Assembly: GCA_945910925.1 (NCBI GenBank)
Contig: CAMDZX010000001.1
Span: 1 to 33,642 of the forward strand
DNA length: 33,642 nt
Reading direction: 5' to 3'
From: an uncultured bacterium
Lineage (GTDB): Bacteria > Cyanobacteriota > Vampirovibrionia > Gastranaerophilales > Gastranaerophilaceae
This document shows, one piece after another, positions 1-7,395 of the stretch (the first letter of the stretch is position 1; each line of letters starts with the position of its first letter). The translations under genes and the position numbers were made by a program. Below the pieces are notes generated by a model that did no database searches, had not been told where the DNA came from, and saw only the letters and a list, made by a program, of their open reading frames with translations.

Positions 1-34
1 ACAAAATTGAAGATTTATATTTTGAATAAATTCC

Positions 35-89
35 GGTGGGAATGAGTTTCAAATTATATTAAAATACAATGCTTATCACATTTCCCACC
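35..89 (-). terminator. Candidate long-loop hairpin downstream of the 1028-aa gene
   Basis: Arms GGTGGGAATG (35-44) and ACATTTCCCACC (78-89) pair over 10 bp with one bulged T. It is a GC-rich island in an AT-rich spacer about 65 nt past the stop at 153. The loop is 34 nt and there is no clean U-tract, so terminator function is uncertain. Confidence 0.3.
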
Positions 90-152
90 CTACATTACTT
101 AGTCACTTAGCTACTTAGTAATTCTGTCACGAATGTTGAAAAACTCTATTCA

Positions 153-3100
153 TCACGTGAAGATTTTGAAGGTCTTGTCAACGTTATCCTTAATAATCTG
201 TTTTATGGAATCAAGTTCTGTTGATATTGCATCCTGTTCGGCTTCAAGTTTATTCATCCTGATATCTATTACTTTTTCTTTTGCAGTGATATCAGCTTTT
301 TCTGATTCGTATTTTGAGAGCGCAACATTCTGTGCATCGGTATCATAAACTTGGAACACCTTGCTGACGTTCATTGCAAGTTTGGTTGCGTAGTTGAAAT
401 CTTGACCGTCAAGCGTATTGACTTCTGTGATAAAAAGCATATTATTTTGAAGTTTCGCATTGAGATAATTCTTGCTATCTTCCTTTTTGGTAGGATTGTT
501 TACGTTTTCATCATAAACCCAACCGTTTTCTGCAATCATCTTGAATATCGCATCAAAGTAATCCATACCACGAGATTCAAGACTTGCATAATATGTTTGT
601 AATTGTGTTTCTTTTTCTTGAATTTCTGCTTTTAAATTATTAATCAATGTTGTTAATTGACCTTTTATATCAGAAGGATCTGTTGGAAGAATATATGAAG
701 TCTTTGCATACGTAGACTTGCCTATAGTATTAGCTAGACCATAGACATTATTTCCTGCCTTAATATACGCTTCTAGTTGTTCATTACCATCACCTTCAGT
801 GAGTTTTTTTAAAGTTTCATTAGTTGAATCTTTTTCTGAGTTTAGCACCAATTCTGCGGATACAAAATTTCCACTCTCATCATACGTTGCTTTATATAAT
901 TTATAAAGTCCGTCTGTATCAACACCGTCATTATATTTAAATGTAACATTAATTTCTGAACACTTACCATTTTTATATGTAGTTTCTTTTGTGGCAGTAC
1001 CATTAGAAAGCGCATATGTTTCTATAGTAGTTGCAACTACGTTATATTGGGAAGTACACTTTACTCTTTTTGTTAGTGCAATTAGTATATCATACATATC
1101 TTCCTCTTGACCTTCTAAGGTTAAATCTTCATATAAATCTTTATATCTTTCATCCGTATCAAGCCCATTAGTTGTTAAATAGTCTATCAACTCTGTTCTG
1201 CCGTCCGGGTTTTGTGAATACTTAACGAGTAAGTTAAAAGAGTCTTCATTATATCCTGTTAAGTCATCTATATCGTCATGATTATCATCAACAAAATTTT
1301 GTTCATAAGCCAAACCTACAGTTGCTGGTGAAGGGTAGTTATCATAATTAACATCAAATTCTGTAATATAAGTTCCACCTTTACCATTTGTGAACACTTG
1401 TTCAGTATTAGTTTTATTGAGCAAACCTAATTCGGCATCTGTCATGAAATCAACAGTTTCACCACTTCCATTTTGACCTATGGTTTGTGCATATAATTTG
1501 TTGTTCGAATACCAGTCAATAACAGGAACTCCTGTGCCATCTATCATAGATTCAATATATGCAGAATAAAACGTCATAAATGTATCCATTACAGAAGATA
1601 TACTTACTGCAAATTCTTGATTGTCTGGCTTCGTATCTCTATAAGTAGATACACCATTTATAGAAGAAGCATTATCCTTAGATTTATATCCTTCATCATC
1701 ACCTCTACCCCTACCCCAGCTTGAAGTTAGAAGAGTATTATCATCTTTTCCGGATGCAATTGCAGAATCAACATTCTCTTTAATTGCTTCATAAGAGCCG
1801 GACGCATGTCCATTCGTTGCTTTCAGTAACTCTTTGTTATTCCCAAATTTTACCATTGTCATATAATATGCGAAATCAGCAGCTTCTACATTATATGGTA
1901 GTCCCTGATTTGCGGTCGAAACAGCTTGCTTAAAGCTGTTGACGAGAGGATCCAATGCTCCCATATCACCACTTATTCGATCATTAGATTTTGTTTTATA
2001 TGATTGTATAGTAACAAAATACTTTTTACCATCTTGTCCGTTATATAAATCAGACCAGGACAATTCTGTTGAATCTTTATAAGATTTTTTACCGTCAGTA
2101 CCAAGGTATACCCCCACAGCATTGCTATCATTCTCCTGATAAGTATCACTATATAGTTTATTAGCAGAAACGGTACCTAATTTAGATAATAATGTTTCTA
2201 AATACAAACCTGTATTATTAACATTATCCGTAGTATTATCAGTACCTCCCGGGTTGTTAAGCTTTAACAACGAAGCTATCCTTTGTGTAATACCACTTGT
2301 TATAGATTTCTCTTCATCATATTTATATGCTTCATTTGTTACTTTTGAAAATTCGGAATTATTATCTCCTGAAAGATTTACTTTAATAGGAGTATTTAAA
2401 TATAGTTCAAATTCTTTAAGATATTGTTGTGCAAGATTATAATTTCCATACAAAGATGCATCATCCAAGATTAAACTACCTTGAGAATACTTCATCACTC
2501 CGAAAGCGTCAGTATCAAATTCCTCGCCTTGAATTCCTATCACATCTTTATTTTTAGCTGTTTCTACATAATAATTTTGTGAGTCATATGTAGTGGGATT
2601 TTTACCGTATAAACTATCATATATGTTCTGTACAATTGTTTTATCTTCTTCTCTTATTAAGCCTAATTTAGACATTAAATCATATCTTATCTTATTTTTA
2701 TAATTGTAATCATTATAATTAGAGACAACCTTATACTCATAAGCATCAGACATTTTTGTGCCTGCAGTTCCGGGAATGATGTTATCACCTACCAGAACGC
2801 TGTCGTTATTAGGATCTAGACCGAAAACATTTCCTGTCTTATTGTATGTTGTATTACCATTATCATCGATACCTGAATATGCCGAAATCAATGTTGCAAG
2901 TTGTCTGTATGAAACTCCCGTATCTTTACCATCAAAAACAATATTGTTGTCATCAACAACAACTCTGCCTTGAGCATCTGTAACTATGTACGGAAGGGTT
3001 GCGTTTAACTCATTCGGTTTCATAAGAGAATCATAATCAATATCATTATAAGTAACACCCGAATCGCCTGACCATTTGAGAACTTTTTGATTCATCGCAT

Positions 3101-3239
3101 TATTGTATTCTGCTGCAACACGATTCATATCTCTTGATAATGCAGTCTTTCTGTTAGAAAGAGTCATCAAGTTCAAACCGATAGTATTTTTTCGGTTTTG
3201 TAAAGATAAAAATCTTACTTGTGATGCTGCCATTCCCAT
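153..3239 (-). CDS. Large uncharacterised protein (1028 aa) with helical heptad N- and C-termini flanking an ~850-aa N/D/Y/G/T-rich centre; no signal peptide
   Basis: Uninterrupted 3.1-kb ORF. The N-terminus (MGMAASQVRFLSLQNRKNTIGLNLMTLSNRKTALSRDMNRVAAEYNNAMNQ) and C-terminus (KLEAEQDAISTELDSIKQIIKDNVDKTFKIFT) look amphipathic-helical. An AGGGA SD-like element lies about 11 nt upstream. I recognise no catalytic or named family motif. Confidence 0.8.
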   Translation of the reverse strand: MGMAASQVRFLSLQNRKNTIGLNLMTLSNRKTALSRDMNRVAAEYNNAMNQKVLKWSGDSGVTYNDIDYDSLMKPNELNATLPYIVTDAQGRVVVDDNNIVFDGKDTGVSYRQLATLISAYSGIDDNGNTTYNKTGNVFGLDPNNDSVLVGDNIIPGTAGTKMSDAYEYKVVSNYNDYNYKNKIRYDLMSKLGLIREEDKTIVQNIYDSLYGKNPTTYDSQNYYVETAKNKDVIGIQGEEFDTDAFGVMKYSQGSLILDDASLYGNYNLAQQYLKEFELYLNTPIKVNLSGDNNSEFSKVTNEAYKYDEEKSITSGITQRIASLLKLNNPGGTDNTTDNVNNTGLYLETLLSKLGTVSANKLYSDTYQENDSNAVGVYLGTDGKKSYKDSTELSWSDLYNGQDGKKYFVTIQSYKTKSNDRISGDMGALDPLVNSFKQAVSTANQGLPYNVEAADFAYYMTMVKFGNNKELLKATNGHASGSYEAIKENVDSAIASGKDDNTLLTSSWGRGRGDDEGYKSKDNASSINGVSTYRDTKPDNQEFAVSISSVMDTFMTFYSAYIESMIDGTGVPVIDWYSNNKLYAQTIGQNGSGETVDFMTDAELGLLNKTNTEQVFTNGKGGTYITEFDVNYDNYPSPATVGLAYEQNFVDDNHDDIDDLTGYNEDSFNLLVKYSQNPDGRTELIDYLTTNGLDTDERYKDLYEDLTLEGQEEDMYDILIALTKRVKCTSQYNVVATTIETYALSNGTATKETTYKNGKCSEINVTFKYNDGVDTDGLYKLYKATYDESGNFVSAELVLNSEKDSTNETLKKLTEGDGNEQLEAYIKAGNNVYGLANTIGKSTYAKTSYILPTDPSDIKGQLTTLINNLKAEIQEKETQLQTYYASLESRGMDYFDAIFKMIAENGWVYDENVNNPTKKEDSKNYLNAKLQNNMLFITEVNTLDGQDFNYATKLAMNVSKVFQVYDTDAQNVALSKYESEKADITAKEKVIDIRMNKLEAEQDAISTELDSIKQIIKDNVDKTFKIFT

Positions 3240-3272
3240 TGTTACGACGTTCCCTTTTTTCTTGTTTCCTAT

Positions 3273-3296
3273 GTAACATAATTGTTATTATGTTAC
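3273..3296. promoter_or_regulatory. Perfect 10-bp inverted repeat GTAACATAAT-TGTT-ATTATGTTAC in the leader of the 1028-aa gene
   Basis: Read directly from the sequence. It lies 34-57 nt upstream of the ATG at 3239, between a TATAAT-like box (3331-3336, minus strand) and the SD. It could be an operator or a 5-prime-UTR hairpin; the function is unknown. Confidence 0.4.
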
Positions 3297-3342
3297 GTAT
3301 AACGGCATTTTTTTTTAAAACATTAGCAAAATTATAATAATA

Positions 3343-3358
3343 TTTACAAAACTTTACA
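3343..3358 (-). promoter_or_regulatory. Direct-repeat motif TGTAAAGTTTTGTAAA upstream of the 1028-aa gene
   Basis: On the minus strand the region reads AATGTAAAGTTTTGTAAATATTATTATAAT. Two TGTAAA hexamers lie 10 bp apart. The first is 16 nt upstream of a TATAAT box. A near-identical 16-mer occurs upstream of the neighbouring 213-aa gene (4316-4331). Confidence 0.35.
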
Positions 3359-3433
3359 TTATTTAGAGTTTTAGAATTATCACAAAAATAGAAGCCGTTA
3401 ATGTGTTGTATAACTGGAAAGAAACAGATGATT

Positions 3434-3513
3434 AGTTACTTTGATACATAGTAACTTTCTAATACACCCCCTTTGTCCTTCGGACATTTCCCCCTTGTCG
3501 GGGGCAAAGGGTG
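3434..3513. other. Cluster of intergenic hairpins: a 7-bp hairpin (3434-3456) plus a GC-rich nested element (3465-3513)
   Basis: AGTTACT and AGTAACT form a stem with a 9-nt loop. The outer stem is CACCC(CC)TTTG with CAAAGGGTG. It encloses two small hairpins, TCC-TTC-GGA and CCCCC-TTGTC-GGGGG. This is very GC-rich relative to its surroundings. I recognise no known RNA family. Confidence 0.4.
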
Positions 3514-3539
3514 AATGTTAGTATTGTTTTTATTTATAC

Positions 3540-3573
3540 AAAAAAGAGGATGACTATTGTCACCCTCTTTTTT
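3540..3573 (-). terminator. Rho-independent terminator of the 213-aa gene
   Basis: The minus-strand RNA reads AAAAAAGAGGGUGAC-AAUA-GUCAUCCUCUUUUUU. It has a 9-bp GC-containing stem (one G-U pair) extended by A/U pairs, followed by a U-run. It sits 17 nt after the stop at 3590. Confidence 0.7.
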
Positions 3574-3589
3574 GTATATTCAATTATAA

Positions 3590-4231
3590 TTATGCATTCA
3601 AGCCGTAATGTGCCATTGAGTCTTTTGCAACTTGAGCAAGTCTTTGTTTTGCTGCTTGTGCTCTTTCGTCTGCCATTGTTAATCGAGTATCGTTTACTGC
3701 AATTTCTGCCTGCATATCTGCATCCTTTTCTGCTATCGGAGCAGTTTGTGCATCTTCTTTTGCTTCCAAATCTTCAAGATCTGCTTCTTTCAATTGTTCA
3801 AGAATTGTATTTAATGCAGCTTGAACTTGTGCAATAATTGCTGCTTGTTGAGATAGTATGGATGATTTTTGTTCTGTTTGTGTAGTTGCAGCTGTTGATG
3901 GATTTATGTTACTAATATCCGCTCCTGCTGCTGCAGCAATCCCTTGAATAAGTTGATTTGAAATACCATTTGCTGCAAATAGACTTCCAATAGATACTTC
4001 ATTTAGCATATTAGTTGCACTCAATCTATTGAGAGATGCTGTTAACTGACTGCTCAACCTTGTATATTTAGATTCTAATTGTGTTTTCTTTTTGCTGAAT
4101 AATTTTTCGATGTTACCAATACGCTTCGTATATAAGTCGTGCATATTGTTAAGACGGACACCTTTGTGTTCAAGCACGGTCTTCTTTTGAATCGCCCGTT
4201 GATATTCAAATTGCATTAATAGTAAGCCCAT
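3590..4231 (-). CDS. Small coiled-coil protein (213 aa), a possible minimal relative of the adjacent 1028-aa protein
   Basis: Intact ORF with GAGG 10 nt upstream of the ATG and its own terminator. It has a helical N-terminus (MGLLLMQFEYQRAIQKKTVLEHKGVRLNNMHDLYTKRIGNIEKLF), an A/Q/S/T-rich middle and a charged helical C-terminus (EKDADMQAEIAVNDTRLTMADERAQAAKQRLAQVAKDSMAHYGLNA). Confidence 0.7.
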   Translation of the reverse strand: MGLLLMQFEYQRAIQKKTVLEHKGVRLNNMHDLYTKRIGNIEKLFSKKKTQLESKYTRLSSQLTASLNRLSATNMLNEVSIGSLFAANGISNQLIQGIAAAAGADISNINPSTAATTQTEQKSSILSQQAAIIAQVQAALNTILEQLKEADLEDLEAKEDAQTAPIAEKDADMQAEIAVNDTRLTMADERAQAAKQRLAQVAKDSMAHYGLNA

Positions 4232-4315
4232 TTGCTTTGAACCTCGTTTTAAGTATCCTCGTATTTATATAAAGTTTTTTTGTTGTTAAAAATTGCCTTT
4301 TTCGTTGCATTTTTG

Positions 4316-4331
4316 TTTACATTTCTTTACA
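4316..4331 (-). promoter_or_regulatory. Direct-repeat motif TGTAAAGAAATGTAAA upstream of the 213-aa gene
   Basis: The minus strand reads TGTAAAGAAATGTAAACAAAAATGCAACG, about 85 nt upstream of the ATG at 4231. It is 13/16 identical to the motif at 3343-3358, and all differences fall in the 3-nt spacer. A third degenerate copy (TGCAAC) follows one helical turn later. Confidence 0.35.
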
Positions 4332-4433
4332 CATTGAGAAAAATCAAGCTATAAGCGGATTTTAGACAGGTAAAAATATAACATTATTGTTAAGAAATGT
4401 TACAAAACGACCTAAAAAGTAATAATTTTATTA

Positions 4434-7262
4434 CTAAGCCAAACTGTTAAGATAATCTTTATTCGCAGCCAGAGTATCCTTTGATGCCACAATTGAATAC
4501 ACAGGTTTATTATTAAATACATAATTTGCAGCCTTTTGGATATCTTCTTTTGTTATCGAATCAATTGCATTATACATTTCGTTAATATGGTTGATGCCAT
4601 AAGGCGTATTTTGTCCTTCTGCGAGAGTATTTGCATTATTTCTTTGCCCGTAAGACATATTTCTTAATGTATCTTTTAGTTCTTTTTTGGCAACATCGAC
4701 TTCTTTATCTTCGAATTCACCGTTTTTCATCTTATTAATCTGCCTATTGAAGCCATTGATTGATTTTTGAACATTTTCGTACGTTCTTTCTCCCGTATCA
4801 GGATTATCTGTTGTTGTTTTTATATTACAACTGATAAAAGCATTATCACCTGAATCATCATAATCAGCCCAAACCGCATATGCTAACTTTTCTTTTTCTC
4901 TCAAGTTGTTAAACAGACCCGTTGTATCACCGTTTGACAATATAGATTTCATAAGAGCAAATGTTGTTTTATCCTTGGCGTTACCGCTTACCTTAAAATT
5001 GTACGCCTGAATTATTTGAGCCTGTGCCTTTGGTGCTTCTTTTGTAATAACCACAGACTTATCTATCGGTTTATATAAATTGTGTAATTTTGGAGCATCG
5101 GATTTTGCAGCAGGCATTTGTGCAAATAACGGTAGTACGGCATTTTGAACACTTCTGTCACCCATTGGTGCAGCAACGCTGACTGTTGCTCTGCTATTTG
5201 ACATGATTTGATTATAGTAATCCTTCACATCGTTTATTGTAATATTATCAATATTATCAAGCACTTCTTTTACAGTATACCCCTGAGTTGTATCAGGAAA
5301 GAAAGTTTTTAATACTCCTTCTTCAGGTGTTGGTTCAATATGTTCTAAAAACTCTTTAAGCAGTCCTTTTTGTTCTTCTAAAATATCTTCGTCAAAGCAA
5401 GGGTTCATCAATTGCTCCTGACTGATTTTAACAAAATTTTCAATATTTTTAGATGGCATATCTCCGGTAATTTGAATAGTGCCATTATCAACATTTATCG
5501 ACTGAGAAAGATTATATTTATCCAAATATTCTACGAATTGGTCATAATCCTTATTTGCTGTCTTTTCTTTCAGCATCCTGTTTAACAGAATTTCTACGCC
5601 CGGTTTTCCTTTTACAGGTTCAAGCGGAGTATATGTAATTATTGATTTCGCGTTTGTATTTTGCGGAGTATCAATAAATGCAATATCATAATTATTATTT
5701 AACTTATATTCTGTTATTTTTGACGTATCAAGCGGGAGTTGTTTATGCACATTGCCTTTAAACGCAACCTTAGAAGTATTTGCCTTCTCGTAGTTTTGTT
5801 TTAAAGTTTCAGCACTCGCAGAAGCAGGATGTACAACGACAATTGATGCTTTTTGTGGATTCATATAATTATGAACAACATCTTCAACATCTTGTATAGT
5901 CAAAGAATCAATAATTTTATCCTGATTTGTAATATCTGAAATATTAAAGGATAATGAAGAACTGCCTATAATTTTATTTAATCTGTCAGGATTTTCATAT
6001 TTGTCTTGATTTTGTGCCTTTATATAGTTTTTAACGACTTGCAGTTCTTCTTCATCTTTAATCTTAAAATTTTGTAATTCTGTGAATATTGTTTTTAGAG
6101 CTTTTTCAGAATTATTTTCTGTTGTATCAATATCAAACCCGATTGCAACACCGTCGGTAGGAACGGTACTTACCTTTTGTACTCCCGGATTCAGCTCTGT
6201 ACCTACTTCTTTTAATTTCATCCTAAGTCTTGAATTTGATTTGTAGTACAAGAAGTTCAATGCAGCTTCAAGTGTTATTTGACCTTTTATATCGTTATTG
6301 GCTGGTCCGTTAAACGCGATACTTGCACTCGTTGAATGTGCCTTTTCTGATATTAAATCCCGTCTTACGGCTTTATCAATCGGAGTAAGTTTTTCAAACC
6401 TTCTGTCAGGATTTTGTTTGTTTTCTCCTCTAAAATGTTTTGCAACAAGATTGATTGCATCATCAGGGTTTACATCTCCGGTAATAACAGTAACCATATT
6501 TGCAGGATAATAATTATTTTTGTAATAATCCATTACTTTTTTTCTGTCTATATTTTGAATATTATCAACCCGCCCTGCAACCAATTCTTCAGATGTACTT
6601 TGAATATTATATAAATTTTTTACAGCAAGATTACTAGCCTTTTCGGACATCACATCACTATACATATTTATTTCCTGACAAACAGGTCCGTGTTCTTTTT
6701 CTACCATGCTATCGGACATTTCAAGATTATTCATCATAGCTGCCTGCATTGCAATAGCGGTTTCTAAGTCCTCTTTTTCAAACTGAGGGACTCCTATTGT
6801 GTAATTTGTTTCGGCAAAACCTGTCGAAGCGTTGGTATATCCTCCCATTTCTGCAACTTTTCTGAATACATCTCCGACGCCGAGCTTCATATATCCGTCT
6901 GTACCAAAAGTTCCATTGAAAGCCATATGCTCGTTATAATGACTTATTCCGCGTTCATCATCTTTTTCGTTCATTGAACCTGTGTTTACATACGTATTAA
7001 CGAACGTCTTAGGCGATTTCATCGGTGCAATCATTACCCGTTGCCCGTTTGCGAGTTTATAACAATGAACTTCCTGACCGTTTACAAACTTTTCTACTCC
7101 GAGTTTTGTATAAGTTTGAGGGACTTTCACATTATAATCTGTTGCCACATTCGACGGTAAGGAATTTATTTCAGGCGAACTATTCCCTGATACAGATTGT
7201 GGAGAGTTTTTCTTGTATAAGTTTATTATATTAGTATTTGAAGAATTAATTCCTTGAACCAT
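4434..7262 (-). CDS. M16 (pitrilysin/insulinase) family zinc peptidase, fused two-half form (942 aa)
   Basis: Inverted zincin motif HYNEH (H108-x-x-E111-H112, nt 6927-6941). Downstream lies GGYTNASTGFAETNYT, typical of active M16 halves. The second half carries LFNNLREKEKLAYAV. The first ~70 aa are polar with no hydrophobic signal peptide. Confidence 0.85.
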   Translation of the reverse strand: MVQGINSSNTNIINLYKKNSPQSVSGNSSPEINSLPSNVATDYNVKVPQTYTKLGVEKFVNGQEVHCYKLANGQRVMIAPMKSPKTFVNTYVNTGSMNEKDDERGISHYNEHMAFNGTFGTDGYMKLGVGDVFRKVAEMGGYTNASTGFAETNYTIGVPQFEKEDLETAIAMQAAMMNNLEMSDSMVEKEHGPVCQEINMYSDVMSEKASNLAVKNLYNIQSTSEELVAGRVDNIQNIDRKKVMDYYKNNYYPANMVTVITGDVNPDDAINLVAKHFRGENKQNPDRRFEKLTPIDKAVRRDLISEKAHSTSASIAFNGPANNDIKGQITLEAALNFLYYKSNSRLRMKLKEVGTELNPGVQKVSTVPTDGVAIGFDIDTTENNSEKALKTIFTELQNFKIKDEEELQVVKNYIKAQNQDKYENPDRLNKIIGSSSLSFNISDITNQDKIIDSLTIQDVEDVVHNYMNPQKASIVVVHPASASAETLKQNYEKANTSKVAFKGNVHKQLPLDTSKITEYKLNNNYDIAFIDTPQNTNAKSIITYTPLEPVKGKPGVEILLNRMLKEKTANKDYDQFVEYLDKYNLSQSINVDNGTIQITGDMPSKNIENFVKISQEQLMNPCFDEDILEEQKGLLKEFLEHIEPTPEEGVLKTFFPDTTQGYTVKEVLDNIDNITINDVKDYYNQIMSNSRATVSVAAPMGDRSVQNAVLPLFAQMPAAKSDAPKLHNLYKPIDKSVVITKEAPKAQAQIIQAYNFKVSGNAKDKTTFALMKSILSNGDTTGLFNNLREKEKLAYAVWADYDDSGDNAFISCNIKTTTDNPDTGERTYENVQKSINGFNRQINKMKNGEFEDKEVDVAKKELKDTLRNMSYGQRNNANTLAEGQNTPYGINHINEMYNAIDSITKEDIQKAANYVFNNKPVYSIVASKDTLAANKDYLNSLA

Positions 7263-7395
7263 ATTTATATAAAACCTGATTTTTTTAAAAATTTGCTAAT
7301 AATATTAACGATTGTAACAATTATAATAAAAAATCTGATTTTTAGTAAATTTTAATTAAAAAAAATACTTTATATACAAGTAGGTTAATACTCGT

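Noticed and set aside
97-118. Three tandem ACTTAG units with 8-bp period (ACTTAGTCACTTAGCTACTTAG) just downstream of the 1028-aa gene.
   Set aside because: It is only 22 nt, with three copies. On the gene strand it simply provides stop codons in all frames. It is too short to call a repeat element without genome-wide context.
133-602. Plus-strand ORFs 133-348 and 351-602. Many similar 60-170-aa ORFs lie antisense to the large genes (for example 2254-2442, 3511-3837, 6298-6614, 18033-18344, 19937-22171, 28957-31665).
   Set aside because: All lie entirely inside much longer, motif-supported ORFs on the opposite strand. Their composition is hydrophobic and low-complexity, as expected for antisense frames of AT-rich coding DNA, and they have no SD sequences. 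I treat them as shadow ORFs.
3240-3589. Possibility that the structured spacer upstream of the 1028-aa gene is a c-di-GMP riboswitch, given the two c-di-GMP genes in the window.
   Set aside because: I could not match the hairpins to the two-helix GEMM-I layout with its GNRA tetraloop/receptor, or to GEMM-II features. The best -10 box (3331-3336) would also place the GC-rich hairpins upstream of the transcript. A cmscan run would be needed to revisit this.
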